IMG/VR virus record: IMGVR_UViG_3300017917_003066
Strand: one strand, 5' to 3'
Origin: an uncultured virus (IMG/VR IMGVR_UViG_3300017917_003066)
Taxonomy: Duplodnaviria > Heunggongvirae > Uroviricota > Caudoviricetes
DNA: 40,686 nt
The position numbers and the translations under genes are program-made. Within the stretch, counting starts at the first letter, position 1. Each line of letters starts with the position of its first letter. The notes under the pieces were generated by a model, which was not told where the DNA came from, did not search any database, and was given only the letters and a program-made list of their open reading frames with translations. Of the stretch, positions 35,137 to 40,686 are shown one piece after another.

Positions 35137-38100
35137 ATGGCTAATCAAGAATTCGTCACTAGACGCGGATTAATATCTTTTGGTGGAATAACTTTCCCAT
35201 ATTTATCTACAAATGCATCATATTCTATTACAGCTGATGATTATTTTATAGATGTTCAGACATCAGGTTCTACAATAACATTATTGGGAGCTTCTACAAC
35301 AGGATCGGGTAAAATATATGTTATAAAAAACTCTTCAGGAGGTAGTATAACTATAAATGCATTATCTGGTTCAAATGTAAATGGTTCTTCTAGTTATACA
35401 CTAAGTAGTGGATTAGCAATCACTCTCACAAGTAATGGTAGCGCAAATTGGACTATAGGTGGATTTTCGGGAACATCAGGAACATCAGGATCAAGTGGTA
35501 CAAGAGGTACATCTGGAACATCAGGTAGTTCAGGAACATCAGGAACTGGATTTGATACAATACAAAATCCTGCTGATTATAGAATATTAACTGCTACTGG
35601 TAGTAATGTTAATAAAGCTTATGCTCTTTCTAATTTAACATTTAATCCAAATACCTCAATTTTAGGAATAACAGGTTCTATAAAATTTGATACATCATGG
35701 ACCTATTCTACTGCACCAGCTCAACAAGCAGGTGAGTTTAGATGGGATGATGGCAATGGTGTTCCTTCTGTTGTACTAAAAGGTGGTAATGTTAATCTTC
35801 AAATAGGCGCTGAGAATGTTGTTTTAGTTTATAATGCTTCAGGTTCTGCACTTACAGAAGGTCAGTTAGTTTATGTTAGTGGTTCTCAAGGCAACAGACC
35901 TGCTGTTAAATTAGCTAGTGCTGCTAGTGAATTGACTCAAAATGTACTTGGTATGGTTACTGAACCTATAGGAATAGGCGCTGAAGGATTTATAACTACA
36001 TTTGGTTTGGTTAATAATCTAGATACACTTTCTATACCTGCTGGTACCCCTATATGGTTATCAAGTACACCAGGTGATTATTCAACAACTCAATTAGATG
36101 CTCCTTATCACTCAACATTTGTTGGTTGGGTTGTTAGATCCAATGCTACAGTTGGTAGTATTTTTGTTAAACCTGAAATAGTATTTGAATTAGGTGAATT
36201 ACATGACGTTAAGAATTATGTTACGTCTAGTATAGCTGATATGTCCTATTTAGGATGGTCAGCTTCTGGTGCTTATTGGCAAGTTATGCCAGCACCTATA
36301 GGTTCATCAGGTACTTCAGGGTCTAGTGGTTCATCAGGATCAAGTGGTACAAGAGGTACGTCCGGTACATCAGGATCTTCGGGCTCAAGTGGATCGAGCG
36401 GAACATCCGGTAGTTCAGGCTCAAGTGGATCATCAGGATCTTCAGGAACAAGTGGTTCTTCTGGATCAAGCGGTACATCAGGATCTTCAGGATCAAGTGG
36501 AACATCTGGATCGTCCGGATCTAGTGGATCAAGCGGTTCATCCGGTTCATCGGGAACATCAGGTTCTTCTGGATCAAGCGGATCTTCAGGAACGTCAGGA
36601 TCAAGCGGTTCTAGTGGTACATCAGGATCATCAGGCTCAAGTGGATCATCAGGATCAAGTGGTTCTTCAGGTACATCCGGCTCAAGTGGATCAAGCGGAA
36701 CAAGAGGTACTTCAGGAACATCAGGATCAAGTGGATCAAGTGGATCATCAGGATCATCAGGAACAAGTGGATCAAGTGGTACAAGCGGTTCATCTGGTTC
36801 TAGTGGATCATCAGGATCAAGCGGTTCATCTGGATCAAGTGGAACATCAGGCTCTAGTGGTAGTTCAGGATCTTCGGGTTCTAGTGGTTCAAGTGGTACA
36901 TCAGGATCGAGTGGAACAAGCGGATCATCAGGATCAAGCGGATCATCAGGATCAAGTGGTAGTTCAGGTACTTCGGGATCAAGCGGAACATCTGGATCAT
37001 CAGGCTCTTCCGGTTCTAGTGGTACATCAGGTTCAAGCGGTTCTTCTGGTTCTAGTGGATCAAGTGGATCATCTGGTACATCAGGTTCAAGCGGTTCTTC
37101 TGGTTCTAGTGGATCAAGTGGATCATCTGGTACATCAGGATCAAGTGGATCGTCAGGATCAAGTGGATCGTCAGGATCAAGCGGAACATCAGGTTCATCT
37201 GGATCAAGTGGATCTTCAGGATCAAGTGGATCATCAGGTAGTTCAGGATCAAGTGGAACAAGAGGTACTTCAGGAACATCAGGATCAAGCGGTTCATCAG
37301 GTTCTAGTGGTTCTTCAGGAACATCAGGATCAAGCGGTACATCAGGAACTTCAGGTACATCAGGTTCTAGTGGTTCTAGTGGATCATCAGGAACAAGTGG
37401 ATCATCAGGCTCTTCAGGATCAAGCGGATCAAGTGGTTCTTCGGGTACATCAGGATCAAGCGGTTCATCAGGATCAAGCGGTTCTAGTGGTTCATCAGGA
37501 ACTTCCGGTTCTTCCGGTTCAAGCGGAACCTCAGGCTCATCTGGATCAAGTGGATCATCAGGATCAAGTGGTTCTTCGGGTACATCAGGATCAAGCGGTT
37601 CTAGTGGTACATCAGGATCATCAGGCTCAAGTGGATCATCAGGATCAAGTGGTTCTTCAGGTACATCCGGCTCAAGTGGTTCATCAGGGTCAAGTGGCTC
37701 AAGTGGAACTTCGGGATCAAGTGGATCAAGTGGTACATCTGGTTCTTCGGGTACATCAGGTTCATCCGGTTCTAGTGGCTCAAGTGGTACGGCAGGATCG
37801 AGCGGTACAAGAGGTACATCTGGAACATCAGGGTCCAGTGGTTCATCCGGTTCTTCTGGATCGAGTGGATCTTCAGGAACATCAGGATCTAGTGGATCAT
37901 CAGGATCGAGTGGATCAAGCGGATCATCAGGAACAAGTGGATCATCAGGATCGAGTGGATCTTCAGGAACATCAGGGTCTAGTGGTAGTTCAGGATCGAG
38001 TGGATCAAGTGGCTCTTCAGGAACATCAGGATCAAGTGGTACATCTGGATCAAGTGGATCAAGCGGATCATCAGGTTCTTCTGGATCAAGTGGCTCTTCG

Positions 38101-40686
38101 GGTACATCAGGATCGAGTGGTTCAAGTGGCTCTTCTGGATCAAGTGGAACATCAGGATCAAGCGGATCATCAGGATCTAGTGGTTCTTCCGGAACATCAG
38201 GTAGTTCAGGATCTTCGGGTTCAAGTGGTACAAGAGGTACATCCGGAACATCAGGCTCTAGTGGCAGTTCAGGTTCATCAGGATCAAGTGGAACATCCGG
38301 ATCATCAGGATCAAGTGGCTCATCAGGAACTTCCGGTTCTTCCGGTTCAAGCGGATCATCAGGCTCATCTGGATCTAGTGGTACATCAGGATCAAGTGGT
38401 TCTAGTGGATCATCAGGCTCAAGTGGATCATCAGGAACAAGTGGATCATCAGGCTCATCAGGCTCAAGTGGATCAAGTGGTTCTTCGGGTACATCAGGTT
38501 CAAGTGGATCATCAGGATCATCAGGATCAAGTGGATCAAGTGGTTCTTCGGGTACATCAGGATCAAGTGGTACTTCTGGTTCTTCCGGCACAAGAGGTAC
38601 ATCCGGAACATCAGGATCAAGTGGTTCTAGTGGATCATCAGGAACTTCTGGTTCAAGCGGATCATCAGGATCAAGTGGTTCAAGCGGATCATCAGGATCT
38701 AGTGGTACATCTGGATCTAGTGGGACAAGCGGATCATCTGGTTCATCGGGATCAAGTGGCTCTTCAGGAACGTCCGGATCAAGTGGCTCTTCAGGAACGT
38801 CCGGATCAAGTGGATCATCTGGATCATCTGGATCAAGTGGCTCTTCAGGAACGTCCGGATCAAGTGGATCATCTGGATCATCTGGATCAAGTGGCTCAAG
38901 TGGTACTTCAGGATCAAGTGGATCTTCAGGATCAAGTGGATCATCAGGCTCTAGTGGATCATCAGGAACATCAGGATCAAGTGGTTCTAGTGGATCAAGC
39001 GGTACATCTGGATCTAGTGGATCATCTGGTTCAAGTGGATCTTCGGGTTCAAGTGGTACATCCGGAACATCAGGATCAAGTGGTAGTTCAGGATCATCAG
39101 GATCAAGTGGTTCTTCCGGAACTTCCGGTTCATCAGGCACAAGAGGTACATCAGGTACATCCGGATCAAGTGGAACATCAGGATCTTCTGGATCAAGTGG
39201 CTCATCAGGTTCAAGTGGCTCATCAGGTACATCCGGCTCAAGTGGCTCAAGTGGTACATCAGGATCATCTGGCTCAAGTGGCTCATCAGGTTCAAGTGGA
39301 TCAAGTGGTACATCAGGATCGAGTGGTTCTAGTGGTTCTTCTGGTTCTTCTGGATCTTCTGGTTCAAGTGGAACATCCGGCTCTAGTGGTTCAAGTGGAA
39401 CATCTGGATCATCAGGATCTAGCGGCTCTAGTGGCACATCAGGATCAAGTGGTTCTTCTGGATCAAGTGGTTCATCTGGATCAAGTGGAACATCTGGCTC
39501 TAGTGGCACATCAGGATCAAGTGGCTCTAGTGGTTCTTCTGGATCAAGTGGTTCATCTGGATCAAGTGGAACATCAGGATCAAGTGGTTCATCCGGCACA
39601 AGAGGTACATCAGGCACATCTGGCTCAAGTGGATCTTCAGGATCTTCTGGATCAAGTGGTACATCGGGATCAAGTGGCTCTAGCGGAACATCAGGATCAT
39701 CTGGCTCAAGTGGATCTTCAGGATCTTCAGGATCAAGTGGTACATCAGGATCAAGTGGTACATCAGGATCAAGTGGTACATCAGGATCAAGTGGATCAAG
39801 TGGATCTTCAGGATCTTCTGGATCAAGTGGGTCTTCTGGGTCTTCTGGATCAAGTGGTACATCTGGATCATCTGGATCTTCTGGATCTTCTGGATCAAGT
39901 GGAACATCTGGTTCAAGTGGTTCTAGTGGATCAAGCGGTTCTAGTGGAACATCCGGTTCAAGTGGTTCATCCGGTACAAGAGGTACATCAGGTACATCAG
40001 GATCAAGCGGAACATCTGGATCTTCTGGTTCAAGTGGCTCTTCCGGTTCAAGTGGCTCTTCCGGTTCAAGCGGGACATCAGGATCAAGCGGTTCAAGTGG
40101 CTCTTCCGGTACATCCGGCTCATCCGGCTCAAGTGGATCAAGCGGTTCTTCAGGATCCTCTGGTTCTAGTGGAACATCTGGCTCAAGTGGATCAAGCGGT
40201 TCTTCAGGATCCTCTGGTTCTAGTGGAACATCTGGCTCAAGTGGAACATCTGGCTCAAGTGGAACATCTGGCTCAAGTGGCTCATCAGGCACAAGAGGTA
40301 CATCAGGAACATCTGGATCTTCTGGATCAAGCGGATCTTCTGGTTCAAGTGGTACATCAGGATCAAGCGGTTCAAGTGGATCTAGTGGTTCATCTGGCTC
40401 TTCTGGTACTTCAGGATCGAGTGGATCTTCAGGATCGAGTGGAACATCTGGCTCAAGCGGATCTTCTGGCTCAAGCGGATCTTCTGGATCAAGCGGATCA
40501 TCGGGTACTTCAGGATCTTCAGGATCAAGCGGTTCTTCAGGATCAAGCGGAACATCCGGATCAAGCGGATCATCCGGTTCAAGCGGATCATCGGGATCTT
40601 CAGGTACTTCAGGCTCAAGCGGATCGAGTGGATCATCTGGTTCTAGTGGATCAAGCGGATCTTCCGGTACAAGTGGTTCAAGCGGA
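35137..40686 (+). CDS. Second giant GXX-repeat fibre protein; runs off the window edge (>1850 aa)
   Basis: Not in the ORF track (no stop). ATG 35137: MANQEFVTRRGLISFGGITFPY...GKIYVIKNSSGG...NPADYRILTATG...NLQIGAENVVLVYN...GQLVYVSGSQGNRP...LGELHDV...WQVMPAPI, then GSS/GTS repeats in frame to the end. Confidence 0.88.
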   Translation, partial: MANQEFVTRRGLISFGGITFPYLSTNASYSITADDYFIDVQTSGSTITLLGASTTGSGKIYVIKNSSGGSITINALSGSNVNGSSSYTLSSGLAITLTSNGSANWTIGGFSGTSGTSGSSGTRGTSGTSGSSGTSGTGFDTIQNPADYRILTATGSNVNKAYALSNLTFNPNTSILGITGSIKFDTSWTYSTAPAQQAGEFRWDDGNGVPSVVLKGGNVNLQIGAENVVLVYNASGSALTEGQLVYVSGSQGNRPAVKLASAASELTQNVLGMVTEPIGIGAEGFITTFGLVNNLDTLSIPAGTPIWLSSTPGDYSTTQLDAPYHSTFVGWVVRSNATVGSIFVKPEIVFELGELHDVKNYVTSSIADMSYLGWSASGAYWQVMPAPIGSSGTSGSSGSSGSSGTRGTSGTSGSSGSSGSSGTSGSSGSSGSSGSSGTSGSSGSSGTSGSSGSSGTSGSSGSSGSSGSSGSSGTSGSSGSSGSSGTSGSSGSSGTSGSSGSSGSSGSSGSSGTSGSSGSSGTRGTSGTSGSSGSSGSSGSSGTSGSSGTSGSSGSSGSSGSSGSSGSSGTSGSSGSSGSSGSSGSSGTSGSSGTSGSSGSSGSSGSSGSSGTSGSSGTSGSSGSSGSSGTSGSSGSSGSSGSSGSSGTSGSSGSSGSSGSSGSSGTSGSSGSSGSSGSSGSSGTSGSSGSSGSSGSSGSSGSSGSSGTRGTSGTSGSSGSSGSSGSSGTSGSSGTSGTSGTSGSSGSSGSSGTSGSSGSSGSSGSSGSSGTSGSSGSSGSSGSSGSSGTSGSSGSSGTSGSSGSSGSSGSSGSSGTSGSSGSSGTSGSSGSSGSSGSSGSSGTSGSSGSSGSSGSSGTSGSSGSSGTSGSSGTSGSSGSSGSSGTAGSSGTRGTSGTSGSSGSSGSSGSSGSSGTSGSSGSSGSSGSSGSSGTSGSSGSSGSSGTSGSSGSSGSSGSSGSSGTSGSSGTSGSSGSSGSSGSSGSSGSSGTSGSSGSSGSSGSSGTSGSSGSSGSSGSSGTSGSSGSSGSSGTRGTSGTSGSSGSSGSSGSSGTSGSSGSSGSSGTSGSSGSSGSSGSSGSSGTSGSSGSSGSSGSSGSSGTSGSSGSSGSSGSSGSSGTSGSSGSSGSSGSSGSSGSSGTSGSSGTSGSSGTRGTSGTSGSSGSSGSSGTSGSSGSSGSSGSSGSSGSSGTSGSSGTSGSSGSSGSSGSSGTSGSSGSSGTSGSSGSSGSSGSSGSSGTSGSSGSSGSSGSSGSSGTSGSSGSSGSSGSSGSSGSSGTSGSSGSSGSSGTSGSSGSSGSSGSSGSSGTSGTSGSSGSSGSSGSSGSSGTSGSSGTRGTSGTSGSSGTSGSSGSSGSSGSSGSSGTSGSSGSSGTSGSSGSSGSSGSSGSSGTSGSSGSSGSSGSSGSSGSSGTSGSSGSSGTSGSSGSSGSSGTSGSSGSSGSSGSSGSSGTSGSSGTSGSSGSSGSSGSSGSSGSSGTSGSSGSSGTRGTSGTSGSSGSSGSSGSSGTSGSSGSSGTSGSSGSSGSSGSSGSSGTSGSSGTSGSSGTSGSSGSSGSSGSSGSSGSSGSSGSSGTSGSSGSSGSSGSSGTSGSSGSSGSSGSSGTSGSSGSSGTRGTSGTSGSSGTSGSSGSSGSSGSSGSSGSSGTSGSSGSSGSSGTSGSSGSSGSSGSSGSSGSSGTSGSSGSSGSSGSSGSSGTSGSSGTSGSSGTSGSSGSSGTRGTSGTSGSSGSSGSSGSSGTSGSSGSSGSSGSSGSSGTSGSSGSSGSSGTSGSSGSSGSSGSSGSSGSSGTSGSSGSSGSSGSSGTSGSSGSSGSSGSSGSSGTSGSSGSSGSSGSSGSSGSSGTSGSSG
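36301..40686 (+). repeat. 9 bp-period coding array, about 487 GXX triplets, open-ended
   Basis: Read directly. Confidence 0.97.

Noticed and set aside
27918..40636. Long alternative-frame and antisense ORFs over the arrays (e.g. 29543-34537 +, 30357-34112 -, 36273-40292 -)
   Set aside because: Shadows of the GGN-TCN-AGY repeat, which lacks stops in several frames. They end where the repeat ends and have no independent domains.
24115..40686. Repeats as a CRISPR array or non-coding satellite
   Set aside because: No constant repeat with unique spacers and no cas genes; variation is mostly synonymous in one reading frame.
1..40686. Stop-codon reassignment as in some large phages
   Set aside because: Genes are full length and densely packed in code 11. 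TAG (infC, methylase) and TGA (9035, 16878, 27132) fall at plausible ends.
18167..40686. Diversity-generating retroelement acting on fibre tips
   Set aside because: No reverse transcriptase and no repeat pair differing only at adenines was seen.

Overview
Very AT-rich, gene-dense window that reads as part of a jumbo (huge) tailed dsDNA phage genome in the standard genetic code. The host is most likely a Bacteroidota bacterium. Evidence: TTTG-N19/20-TAnnTTTG promoters, a LASC lipoprotein with D-(S/T)-x glycosylation sequons, a DUF6576-like tail, and no Shine-Dalgarno sequences before most starts. The left 18 kb is a mixed-strand accessory/replication region. It encodes the C-terminal half of a split family-B DNA polymerase, translation initiation factor IF3, a probable sliding clamp, an NAD+ salvage cluster (NMNAT-Nudix, PLP aminotransferase, NAMPT), a UvsY-like protein, polyphosphate kinase 2, a WYL protein, an N6/N4 DNA methyltransferase, a GH19 endolysin and a Pol-beta nucleotidyltransferase. 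It also holds several putative head-internal proteins with T4-capsid-targeting-like leaders. The right 22.5 kb is a + strand cluster of modular fibre-like virion proteins. Two of them are giant and carry about 700 and more than 480 Gly-(Ser/Thr)-Ser triplets. Most notable: (i) many start codons sit only 4-6 nt after a promoter element, suggesting leaderless mRNAs, in a genome with its own ATG-initiated IF3; (ii) PPK2 is fused to a putative capsid-targeting leader; (iii) the NAD cluster has a degenerate Nudix box and an inserted aminotransferase; (iv) the Gly/Ser arrays show quasi-periodic Arg punctuation and charge zonation. All calls come from reading motifs by eye; no database searches were run.
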